Shown here: piece by piece, positions 1 to 8,408 of the stretch
Layout: each line of letters begins with the position of its first letter
Numbering within the stretch: position 1 is the first letter of the stretch
Source: a virus
Lineage: Duplodnaviria; Heunggongvirae; Uroviricota; Caudoviricetes
Length of the DNA: 18,498 nucleotides
Strand: one strand, 5' to 3'
Virus record (IMG/VR): IMGVR_UViG_2660238061_000008
Translations under genes and position numbers: made by a program
Notes under the pieces: model-generated
The model's input: only the letters and a program-made list of their open reading frames with translations
What the model was told of the DNA's origin: nothing
The model's database searches: none

Positions 1-174
1 TCAGAAAAAGATGATATTGAATCGCCCATTGAAAAACTGGAGGGCAGCGTCGCTGATCTGAATAAAAAATTGTCGGTGCTGATTCCTTCTGAAGATGAAA
101 AAAAACGCCGCGATGAGCAGTTTGCGGCGTTTTACGATTATTGCATTGAAGTTACTCTCGCAGGAATTTTGTGA
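1..174 (+). CDS. Hypothetical protein, C-terminal fragment (5' end lies outside the window)
   Basis: Frame 1 is open from position 1 to TGA at 172-174; codon usage is E. coli-like (CTG, GCG, CGC, GGC); the antisense frame gives poly-Phe junk, which favours this strand. Not a pinholin-like C-terminus. Confidence 0.4.
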   Translation, partial: SEKDDIESPIEKLEGSVADLNKKLSVLIPSEDEKKRRDEQFAAFYDYCIEVTLAGIL

Positions 175-414
175 AGATTTTTGAGGAGGGTAAATCTCTT
201 CAGTAAGCTTAATGGCGGACGCTGCAATTAATTCAGGAAGGTCCGCAAGGTCATCTGTCAGTGGATATGATGAAAAATCGGCGGCAGTTCTGTTAAGAAG
301 CGCTTTAACTAATTCCTTTTCCTTCTCCGGCAACAAGTTGATTAGAGCTACGACTGCTTGCCTGAGTGCGATTAAATCAGCAAAAGTTTGTTTAGGTAGA
401 TTTGTGTAATCCAT
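1..414 (-). CDS. Questionable hypothetical ORF (137 aa) in the AT-rich spacer upstream of the endolysin
   Basis: ATG at 412-414 (- strand) preceded by AGAGG about 5 nt upstream; N-terminal 80 aa look protein-like, but the C-terminal 50 aa overlap the + strand partial gene and are Phe-rich antisense-like; rare codons (CTA, AGG, TTA, AGA). Confidence 0.25.
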   Translation of the reverse strand: MDYTNLPKQTFADLIALRQAVVALINLLPEKEKELVKALLNRTAADFSSYPLTDDLADLPELIAASAIKLTEEIYPPQKSSQNSCESNFNAIIVKRRKLLIAAFFFIFRRNQHRQFFIQISDAALQFFNGRFNIIFF

Positions 415-527
415 AGTCGCCTCTGTGTTTATCAGATTGACATCCTCCTCCCGCCAGTGCCCATCACTGGTGAGGTAAGATTTAACATATCCGGGGATTT
501 GAAGCCGATAAATCCTGATAAATATCC

Positions 528-1555
<1,028 letters not shown>

Positions 1556-1679
1556 ATTAATATTAAATCGGATTATTTTTAGCGCTGAATGTGAAATTTA
1601 AATAAAAAGGACTCTTCCATGAGTCAAAATCCTTGAAATCTTAAGGGTAAGATAAAAGGTCATTAGACAGAATGACACG

Positions 1680-1915
1680 TTTTATTAATAAATAAAGCTA
1701 TTGTTTCATTCGTGTGTTTTTCTTTACAAAAGTAATCCTTGCTATGGTTGGTTAATCATGCGTTAATGGTGTTCTGGTTTGTTACAAAATTATCTGAAGC
1801 AGTCATTGTTATAATTTTATTATTTGTACCTCTTGAGATTTCCTTGTTGGTTTTTCTCTCTGATATTTTTTTTCGGACCATTCTGCCCAAGGGCTAACTT
1901 CTTCAAAAGGTAATA
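1680..1915 (+). promoter_or_regulatory. cspA-like promoter and long 5' UTR for the cold-shock gene
   Basis: AT-rich UP-like tract 1680-1735; -35 TTGCTA (1739-1744), 17-bp spacer, -10 GTTAAT (1762-1767), resembling cspA TTGCAT/CTTAAT; alternative extended -10 TGtTATAAT at 1807-1815; AAAGGTAATA just before the ATG resembles the cspA leader. Confidence 0.35.
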
Positions 1916-1918
1916 ATG

Positions 1919-2131
1919 ATGTCTAACAAAATGACTGGTTTAGTGAAATGGTTTAACCCTGAAAAAGGTTTTGGTTTCATCACGCCGAAAGATGGTAGCA
2001 AAGATGTGTTTGTCCATTTCTCAGCTATTCAGAGCAACGATTTCAAAACGTTAACTGAGAATCAGGAAGTCGAATTTGGTATTGAGAACGGACCTAAAGG
2101 CCCCGCGGCTGTTCATGTTGTGGCACTTTGA
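1919..2131 (+). CDS. cspI: Cold-shock protein, CspA family (CspI-like, prophage-encoded)
   Basis: Translation [38 protein letters not shown]... carries RNP1/RNP2 cold-shock-domain motifs and matches my recollection of E. coli CspI. Tandem ATGs at 1916 and 1919. Confidence 0.9.
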   Translation: MSNKMTGLVKWFNPEKGFGFITPKDGSKDVFVHFSAIQSNDFKTLTENQEVEFGIENGPKGPAAVHVVAL

Positions 2132-2330
2132 GGTAGAAAATATTACAAACCATATTCACTTTAGATGCCCGTGTTGCCATGGTTCTCAGTATAGAACATC
2201 ATCTTTTGATGTTTCTGACAGGAATCCTTTCGGGGCAAAATGTATCTTTTGTAAATCAATGATGATTACATTTGATAATATTTCACAATACTTAAATGTT
2301 AGCCGTCTATCGTTAGATTTAAGAAAGTGA
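2115..2330 (+). CDS. Putative small Cys-rich (zinc-ribbon-like) protein; very uncertain
   Basis: ORF overlapping the csp stop; contains HFRCPCCHG...AKCIFCK (two Cys pairs about 25 aa apart); ends 6 nt before a strong terminator; no clear SD, rare codons, start ambiguous (TTG 2076 or ATG 2115). Confidence 0.25.
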   Translation: MLWHFEVENITNHIHFRCPCCHGSQYRTSSFDVSDRNPFGAKCIFCKSMMITFDNISQYLNVSRLSLDLRK

Positions 2331-2335
2331 AAATG

Positions 2336-2358
2336 AAGGCTCCTTCGGGAGCTTTTTT
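2336..2358 (+). terminator. Rho-independent terminator closing the csp transcription unit
   Basis: GC-rich stem GGCTCC / GGAGC around a TTCG tetraloop, followed by TTTTTT (2353-2358). Confidence 0.6.
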
Positions 2359-2442
2359 GCTTAGTGTCTAGTCGATGGATACTCACATATTACGGTAACA
2401 TTATGAAAAAAAATAATAGTTTTTTTTAACTCTGAACCAGCA

Positions 2443-2634
2443 ATGGTAGTGCCAGTGATGACCGGAGTTAACACCATCATGCGTGAATATCCAAATGGCG
2501 AAACAACACACCTCACTGTAATGGCTGCAGGGTTTCCATCTCTGACCGGAGATCATAAAGTCATTTATGTAGCAGCGGATCGACATGTAACTTCAGAAGA
2601 AATTCTGGAAGCAGCAATGAGACTCTTGAATTGA
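2443..2634 (+). CDS. Hypothetical small protein (63 aa), moron region
   Basis: ATG-initiated ORF with protein-like composition (MTGVNTIMREYPNGETTHLTVMAAGFPSLTGDHKVIYVAADRHVTSEEILEAAMRLLN); no recognisable SD; antisense frame is junk. Confidence 0.4.
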   Translation: MVVPVMTGVNTIMREYPNGETTHLTVMAAGFPSLTGDHKVIYVAADRHVTSEEILEAAMRLLN

Positions 2635-2728
2635 TTTGATTCTAATGCATTGATAATAAATGATAATCATCTTTATCTGTTTGTGTGAAATTTAGACCGT
2701 CGTATGTTGATTATTGCGATGTTTCATC

Positions 2729-2757
2729 TTATCTTTTATACGTTTGCTCCATATAAT
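2729..2757 (+). promoter_or_regulatory. Candidate sigma70 promoter upstream of the gns gene
   Basis: Perfect -10 TATAAT at 2752-2757 with a weak -35 (TTATCT 2729-2734) at 17-bp spacing; lies about 50 nt upstream of the gns start. Confidence 0.3.
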
Positions 2758-2806
2758 TGACACTACTGTGTACCAGGAAAGTCATAACAGACTAAAAGAG
2801 GAAATG

Positions 2807-2980
2807 ATGAACATTGAAGAGTTAAAAACAAAAACAGAAGCAGATATTTCTGAATATATAACAAAAAAAATCATTGAGCTTAAGAAAAAGACCGGGAAAG
2901 AAGTTACCAGTATCCAGTTTACTGCACGGGAAAAAATGACTGGTCTTGAAAGCTATGATATCAAGATTGATTTAATCTAG
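2807..2980 (+). CDS. gnsB: GnsA/GnsB-family small protein
   Basis: Translation MNIEELKTKTEADISEYITKKIIELKKKTGKEVTSIQFTAREKMTGLESYDIKIDLI closely resembles E. coli GnsB/GnsA (57 aa); SD AAGAGGAA upstream; tandem ATGs at 2804/2807. Confidence 0.8.
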   Translation: MNIEELKTKTEADISEYITKKIIELKKKTGKEVTSIQFTAREKMTGLESYDIKIDLI

Positions 2981-3109
2981 TCTGTTTAGTATTAGCATCA
3001 ATTTCTCATCAGATGCTATTCAACAATACAAATTACCCATAAACCTCGTTTTTACGGGGTTTTGTTATATTTAAACATTACCGAATAGGTATAAATCTCG
3101 ATTGTCGAT

Positions 3110-3132
3110 GGTATTGGTTGTGTGACAATACC
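3110..3132. repeat. Inverted repeat GGTATTG-N9-CAATACC (possible operator or RNA hairpin)
   Basis: Perfect 7-bp arms at 3110-3116 and 3126-3132 in the intergenic region upstream of ORF 3274. Confidence 0.4.
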
Positions 3133-3273
3133 TAGTCTTTCCGGTATGCCTGAAGAGAATACAAACGACAGATTATGTAAGGGAAACGCGCTGAATCTTT
3201 AACTCTTTCATGCTGAGTGATTTGACGTTATATTTTTAGCCGTAAGTGAAGAGCAAACGCATGGAGCGACAAA

Positions 3274-3480
3274 ATGCATAAAGATCAATACACTGATGCC
3301 CCCTCCCAGGAGCAGGTTCGTGTAAAAACTATGCTTAATAGCACCATTTCGATGGGTTACCCGGATGTTGTAATTGCATGTATAGAACATCAAGTGTCTC
3401 TGGAAGCATTCAGGGCAATTGAGGCCGCGTTAGTAAAGCACGATAAGAATACGAAGGATTATTCCCTGGTGGTTGACTGA
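3274..3480 (+). CDS. Small hypothetical prophage protein (68 aa)
   Basis: ORF with GGAG 8 nt upstream of the ATG; protein-like sequence ...[40 protein letters not shown]...; I recall a similar ORF near the right end of lambda, which would imply a conserved moron gene. The true start may be internal (MLNSTIS...). Confidence 0.55.
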   Translation: MHKDQYTDAPSQEQVRVKTMLNSTISMGYPDVVIACIEHQVSLEAFRAIEAALVKHDKNTKDYSLVVD

Positions 3481-3515
3481 TCACCATAACTGCTAACCAT
3501 TCTGACCATTTCACA

Positions 3516-3546
3516 AGTGACAGAGTCAATATCGTATTCTGTCACT
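3516..3546. repeat. Inverted repeat AGTGACAGA-N13-TCTGTCACT
   Basis: 9-bp perfect arms (3516-3524 / 3538-3546); no following T-tract on either strand, so not a typical intrinsic terminator. Confidence 0.5.
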
Positions 3547-3837
3547 GTCAGGCTAATACAGCAATGCAATTCAACTACAGCAATGCCTCGTATTTAGGTG
3601 AATTTACAATATCGTCCAGTTCGGATGCCGGCTGCATTTCTGAAGATAAGGCATTTCGGTTCTCGTATTTTCCCCTCATGCTCGTCAGTCCTGCGCGTAG
3701 TAAGAAACAGGACACTCACACTAATTTGTGTGGGCATGCTGTGATGTCCTTCTGAATTATCCCCATGCCATTATGTAAAGCTCTGTTTCAGATGCTCGTC
3801 ACGGTTGTCAGGCTGTCGGGTCCTCCCAGTGGGGGTC

Positions 3838-3866
3838 CCTGCCACGGGGCGGGAGCGTCGCGGAAA
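3838..3866 (+). other. cos: Putative cos site (cosN-like nicking region) upstream of the terminase genes
   Basis: CACGGGGCGGGAGCGTCGCGG resembles lambda cosN ACGGGGCGGCGACCTCGCGG; located about 185 bp upstream of the small terminase start, as in lambda (cos to Nu1 about 190 bp); followed by an AT-rich cosB-like tract. Confidence 0.4.
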
Positions 3867-4030
3867 AAGGCTAGTTTTTGCATTTCCATGGCGGCGGCAG
3901 CATGTTTGGTAATTTATTGATAATTAAAAGTTATTTCTCTTTTCAGCTGTACAATATTTTTTTCTCCCTGTCATTAGACTAGTTTGCAATTAATTGAAAT
4001 ATATAAATAAACCTGATTTTCACCTGCCAG

Positions 4031-4570
4031 ATGGAGTTGCTTATGTCAAATGTGAGCGGGATCGGTGATGCTTATTACTGGAGTGTTTTTAAAATCGCCG
4101 AGGCCTTTGGGCTTCACTGGGACACAGTAAAAAAACGGCTCCTCGCGGCCAACACTCCTGTGGCTGCGACTGTCAGGGGGAACCCCGTTTACGCCCTGCA
4201 GCATGTCGGGCCTGCCCTGTTTAGTGTGAAGCATGAGGCAGCAGACTCTGTTCATGATCCATCCCGTATGGAGCCGAAAGAGAGAAAGGACTGGTACCAG
4301 TCGGAAAATGAAAGGATCAAGCTGGAAAAGGAGCAGCGAAAACTCATCCCCGTTGATGAAGTAGTCATCGTCTATTCGTCCATGAGAAAGGCTGTCGTCC
4401 AGGTTCTGGAGACAATTCCGGATGTTCTTGAACGCGATTGCGCCCTGACTCCTCAGGCCGTTGGCGTTGTACAGCAGGCCATTGATGACCTGCGATACAC
4501 TCTTCAGGAAAAATCCTACGAGGCTTGTGCTGCTGAATTAATTCCTGATGAGGAAGGAGAGAGTCTCTAG
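4031..4570 (+). CDS. Terminase small subunit (DNA-packaging protein, Nu1-position; sequence divergent from lambda Nu1)
   Basis: Immediately upstream of the large terminase; N-terminal HTH-like segment SVFKIAEAFGLHWDTVKKRL; acidic C-terminus. Likely true start is ATG 4043 (GGAG 4-5 nt upstream) rather than 4031. Confidence 0.75.
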   Translation: MELLMSNVSGIGDAYYWSVFKIAEAFGLHWDTVKKRLLAANTPVAATVRGNPVYALQHVGPALFSVKHEAADSVHDPSRMEPKERKDWYQSENERIKLEKEQRKLIPVDEVVIVYSSMRKAVVQVLETIPDVLERDCALTPQAVGVVQQAIDDLRYTLQEKSYEACAAELIPDEEGESL

Positions 4571-4578
4571 GAGGAATA

Positions 4579-6678
4579 ATGGGTTTTTCATCAGCCCGAA
4601 ATTTGGGAAGGGACATATCGGCAGGATTTTCCCCACCACGTCGCATGCCGATTTCGGAGGCTGTTAAAAAATTCATGCGTGTTCCCAAGGGGGCTGGTAA
4701 CTCGGTGCCATGGGATCCTGAACTGACACCCTACATCATTGAGCCCATGAACTGCCTGGCATCGCGTGAATACGATGCGGTGATTTTTGTTGGTCCTGCG
4801 CGAACAGGGAAGACCATTGGTCTGATCGATGGATGGATTGTCTATACCATCGTTTGCGATCCTTCGGACATGCTCGTTGTGCAGATGACCGAAGATAAGG
4901 CCCGCGAGCATTCAAAAAAGCGCCTCGACAGAACGTTCAGAAGCAGTGCGGCGGTAAAGAAAAGAATGAGTCCACGTCGTAATGACAATAATGTCCATGA
5001 TAAGACGTTCAGGGATGGCTCGTTCCTTAAAATTGGTTGGCCCTCGGTCAACATTATGTCGTCGTCGGATTACCGGTTTGTCGCCTTAACCGATTACGAC
5101 CGTTTTCCGGAGAATATCGACAGCGAGGGTGATGGTTTCTCCCTGGCCTCAAAACGTACCACCACATTTATGTCCGCCGGGATGACTCTGGTGGAGAGCT
5201 CGCCGGGACGTGACATCTGCGACAGCAAATGGCGACGTAAGTCGCCTCATGAAGCGCCACCGACGACTGGTATTCTTTCCCTTTACAATCGTGGTGACCG
5301 CCGCCGCTGGTACTGGCCATGTCCGCACTGCGGTGAATATTTTCAGCCAGCCATGGATGCCATGACCGGCTACCGTAATGAACCGGATCCCTTTAAAGCC
5401 AGTGAGGCGGCGTATCTACTTTGCCCGCACTGCAGCGGCATTATCACGGCGGAGAAAAAGCGTGAGCTCAATAGTGCAGGAGTCTGGTTGCGTGAAGGTC
5501 AGGTCATTGATTGTAACGGCAACGTTTCCGGTGAACCGCGCCGCTCCCGTATCGCCAGTTTCTGGATGGAAGGGCCAGCTGCTGCGTATCAGACCTGGGC
5601 GCAACTGGTTTACAAATTACTGACTGCAGAACAGGAGTATGAAGCGACAGGAAGTGAAGAAACACTCAGGGCGGTTATCAACACCGACTGGGGATTACCT
5701 TATCTTCCCCGCGCCAGCATGGAGCAACGAAAAAGTGAACTGCTTGAGCAGCGGGCAGAGCCAGTTCCTTCCCGCAGTGTGCCGGATGGCGTTAATTTTC
5801 TTGTGGCGACAGTGGATGTGCAGGCGGGACGTCATCGCCGTTTTGTGGTTCAGGTAACGGGCTATGGCAGCCGTGGCGAACGCTGGATTATTGATCGTTA
5901 CAACATCACGCAGTCATTGCGCGGTGACAGCGACGGGGAGAGCCAGCGAATTGATCCGGCCAGCTATCCGGAAGACTGGGATGTCCTGCTGACGGATGTT
6001 TTTCATAAAAGCTGGCCGCTGGCCTCCGATCCTTCTCAACAAATGCGACTGATGGCAATGGCGGTGGACTCCGGCGGTGAAGACGGGGTCACTGATAATG
6101 CCTATAAATTCTGGCGTCGTTGCCGTCGTGATGGCCTTGGTAAACGTATTTACCTGTTTAAGGGCGACAGCATCCGGCGCGCAAAACTGATCACCCGTAC
6201 ATTCCCTGATAACACCGGACGAACGGGCCGACGGGCGCAGGCCGCAGGTGATGTGCCGCTCTGGCTTCTTCAGACGGATGCACTGAAAGACCGGGTGAAT
6301 AACGCGTTATGGCGTGACTCGCCAGGTCCCGGCTATGTGCATTTCCCTGACTGGCTGGGGAGCTGGTTTTACGACGAACTGACGTATGAAGAGCGGAGCA
6401 GTGACGGGAAATGGAGTAAGCCGGGTCGCGGTGCCAACGAAGCTTTTGACCTGATGGTGTATGCCGAGGCTCTGGTCATTCTGCATGGATACGAAAAGAT
6501 CCGCTGGCCGGATGCACCGGAGTGGGCGAGCCGGGAAACCTGGCTGGAGTGTGTCCCGGACAGTACCGAACCGTCATCCTCACCGGAACCGGTATCCACG
6601 CCTGTTAAAAAACAAAAACGGAAGAAAACAGTAACTGACGATGTTAACCCCTGGCTGACTTCCGGAGGATGGTTATGA
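4579..6678 (+). CDS. A: Terminase large subunit (lambda gpA family)
   Basis: SD GGAGG before the ATG; Walker A-like GPARTGKT; CPHCGE zinc-binding-like motif and nuclease-domain segments (LVATVDVQ, WIIDRYNI) parallel lambda gpA. Confidence 0.95.
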   Translation: MGFSSARNLGRDISAGFSPPRRMPISEAVKKFMRVPKGAGNSVPWDPELTPYIIEPMNCLASREYDAVIFVGPARTGKTIGLIDGWIVYTIVCDPSDMLVVQMTEDKAREHSKKRLDRTFRSSAAVKKRMSPRRNDNNVHDKTFRDGSFLKIGWPSVNIMSSSDYRFVALTDYDRFPENIDSEGDGFSLASKRTTTFMSAGMTLVESSPGRDICDSKWRRKSPHEAPPTTGILSLYNRGDRRRWYWPCPHCGEYFQPAMDAMTGYRNEPDPFKASEAAYLLCPHCSGIITAEKKRELNSAGVWLREGQVIDCNGNVSGEPRRSRIASFWMEGPAAAYQTWAQLVYKLLTAEQEYEATGSEETLRAVINTDWGLPYLPRASMEQRKSELLEQRAEPVPSRSVPDGVNFLVATVDVQAGRHRRFVVQVTGYGSRGERWIIDRYNITQSLRGDSDGESQRIDPASYPEDWDVLLTDVFHKSWPLASDPSQQMRLMAMAVDSGGEDGVTDNAYKFWRRCRRDGLGKRIYLFKGDSIRRAKLITRTFPDNTGRTGRRAQAAGDVPLWLLQTDALKDRVNNALWRDSPGPGYVHFPDWLGSWFYDELTYEERSSDGKWSKPGRGANEAFDLMVYAEALVILHGYEKIRWPDAPEWASRETWLECVPDSTEPSSSPEPVSTPVKKQKRKKTVTDDVNPWLTSGGWL

Positions 6679-6887
6679 ACCAGAATGATATCGAAGCCAT
6701 GATTCAGCGTTATACGGAAGCTGAAATGGCGGTGCTGGACGGAAAATCCGTCACCTTTAATGGTCAGCAGATGACCATGGAAAACTTATCTGAGATCCGG
6801 CAGGGACGGCAGGAGTGGGAGCGCCGCCTTGCGGCTCTGATTACACGACGACGGGGGCATCCCGGGTATCGGCTGGCGAGGTTCTGA
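6669..6887 (+). CDS. W: Head completion / head-tail joining protein (gpW-like)
   Basis: About 70 aa in the lambda W position and size, with a C-terminal RRRG motif as in gpW; overlaps the terminase stop; start is ATG 6669 or 6675 (GGAGG upstream). Confidence 0.7.
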   Translation: MVMNQNDIEAMIQRYTEAEMAVLDGKSVTFNGQQMTMENLSEIRQGRQEWERRLAALITRRRGHPGYRLARF

Positions 6888-8395
6888 TGGCAATTCTTGA
6901 TGATGTGATTGGCGTTTTTTCACCAGGATGGAAAGCGGCAAGGCTGCGTTCCCGTGCGGTGATCCAGGCTTATGAGGCCGTAAAAACGACGCGGACACAC
7001 AAAGCCCGACGGGAGAACCGAACTGCCGACCAGTTAAGCCAGTACGGGGCCGTGTCGTTACGTGAGCAGGCCCGTTACCTTGATAACAACCACGATCTGG
7101 TTATTGGTGTATTTGACAAGCTGGAAGAACGGGTGGTGGGGAAAAACGGGATTATTGTCGAGCCACATCCGGTATTACGCAATGGGGCCATTGCCCGTGA
7201 CCTGGCTGCGGAGATTCGCACCCGATGGAGTGAATGGTCTGTCAGCCCGGAAGTCACCGGGCAGTTTACCCGTCCGATGCTGGAACGTCTGATGCTTCGT
7301 ACCTGGCTGCGCGATGGTGAGGTGTTTGCCCAGATGGTTTCCGGGCGCATAAACAGCCTGACGCCTTCTGCCGGTGTTCATTTCTGGCTGGAGGCGCTCG
7401 AGCCGGACTTTATTCCCATGACCAGTGATGAGAGCAACAGGCTGAATCAGGGCGTGTTTGTTGATGACTGGGGGCGTCCCGAAAAATATCTGGTGTATAA
7501 AAGCCGTCCCGTATCCGGACGGCAGATGGAAACCAAAGAAGTGGATGCAGAGCGAATGCTGCATCTTAAATTTGTTCGCCGTCTGCACCAGATGCGCGGG
7601 ACGTCTTTATTGTCCGGTGTGCTGATCCGCCTCAGTGCTCTGAAAGAGTATGAAGATTCTGAGCTGACTGCAGCAAGGATCGCCGCTGCTCTGGGGATGT
7701 ACATCCGGAAAGGCGACGGGCAGAGCTATGAAGCGGATGGTAATGGCAGCAAGGATAAGGAACGCGAGCTTACCATTCAGCCAGGCATTATTTACGATGA
7801 TCTGAAACCCGGCGAAGAAATCGGAATGGTGAAGTCGGATCGCCCCAATCCTAACCTTGAAACTTTTCGTAATGGTCAGTTGCGTGCCGTGGCGGCGGGC
7901 AGTCGTCTGAGTTTTTCCAGTACAGCGCGCAACTATAACGGCACTTACAGCGCCCAGCGTCAGGAGCTGGTTGAATCCACTGATGGCTACCTGATCCTGC
8001 AGGACTGGTTTATTGGTGCCGTCACCCGTCCGATGTATCGTGCCTGGCTGAAACAGGCTGTGGCATCCGGTGTTATCAGGCTACCCCGCGATCTTGACCG
8101 TTCTTCACTGTATACCGCGGTGTATTCCGGACCGGTGATGCCGTGGATTGACCCTGTTAAGGAGGCTGAGGCCTGGAAAATCCAGATTCGTGGTGGAGCG
8201 GCGACAGAATCAGACTGGGTACGTGCTGGTGGTCGTAATCCGGATGATGTCAAACGTCGGCGCAAGGCCGAAATTGATGAAAACCGCAAGCTGGATCTGG
8301 TATTTGATACCGATCCGGCCAGTGATAAAGGAGGCAGCAGTGCCGCAACGAAACGACATGAGCCGCAGCACACCGACGACCAGTCCGAAGAATAA
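6887..8395 (+). CDS. B: Portal protein (lambda gpB family)
   Basis: About 500 aa ORF after W with ATGA start/stop overlap at 6885-6889; position and size match the lambda-family portal; acidic C-terminus. Confidence 0.9.
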   Translation: MAILDDVIGVFSPGWKAARLRSRAVIQAYEAVKTTRTHKARRENRTADQLSQYGAVSLREQARYLDNNHDLVIGVFDKLEERVVGKNGIIVEPHPVLRNGAIARDLAAEIRTRWSEWSVSPEVTGQFTRPMLERLMLRTWLRDGEVFAQMVSGRINSLTPSAGVHFWLEALEPDFIPMTSDESNRLNQGVFVDDWGRPEKYLVYKSRPVSGRQMETKEVDAERMLHLKFVRRLHQMRGTSLLSGVLIRLSALKEYEDSELTAARIAAALGMYIRKGDGQSYEADGNGSKDKERELTIQPGIIYDDLKPGEEIGMVKSDRPNPNLETFRNGQLRAVAAGSRLSFSSTARNYNGTYSAQRQELVESTDGYLILQDWFIGAVTRPMYRAWLKQAVASGVIRLPRDLDRSSLYTAVYSGPVMPWIDPVKEAEAWKIQIRGGAATESDWVRAGGRNPDDVKRRRKAEIDENRKLDLVFDTDPASDKGGSSAATKRHEPQHTDDQSEE

Positions 8396-8408
8396 TTCCT
8401 GGTTCAGG

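Noticed and set aside
212-409. + strand 65-aa ORF in the spacer before the endolysin
   Set aside because: Ser/Arg-rich low-complexity translation, no SD within range of the ATG, antisense to a more protein-like frame; likely spurious.
3564-3755. + strand 63-aa ORF between the 68-aa ORF and the cos region
   Set aside because: No SD, low-complexity Ser-rich translation; more likely non-coding cos-proximal DNA.
1560-4030. Possibility of an anti-phage defence or toxin-antitoxin system in the accessory island
   Set aside because: All ORFs are under 90 aa and none shows nuclease, ATPase, kinase or toxin-like motifs that I can recognise; the content matches a known cold-shock moron cluster (csp, gns) rather than a defence system. 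Left open only for the unassigned small ORFs.
4365-5054. - strand ORFs antisense to the terminase genes
   Set aside because: Entirely inside strongly supported + strand genes; Arg/Pro-rich composition typical of antisense frames in GC-rich coding DNA.
7075-7704. - strand ORFs (91, 137 and 85 aa) antisense to the portal gene
   Set aside because: Same reasoning: embedded antisense frames, no SD, junk-like composition.
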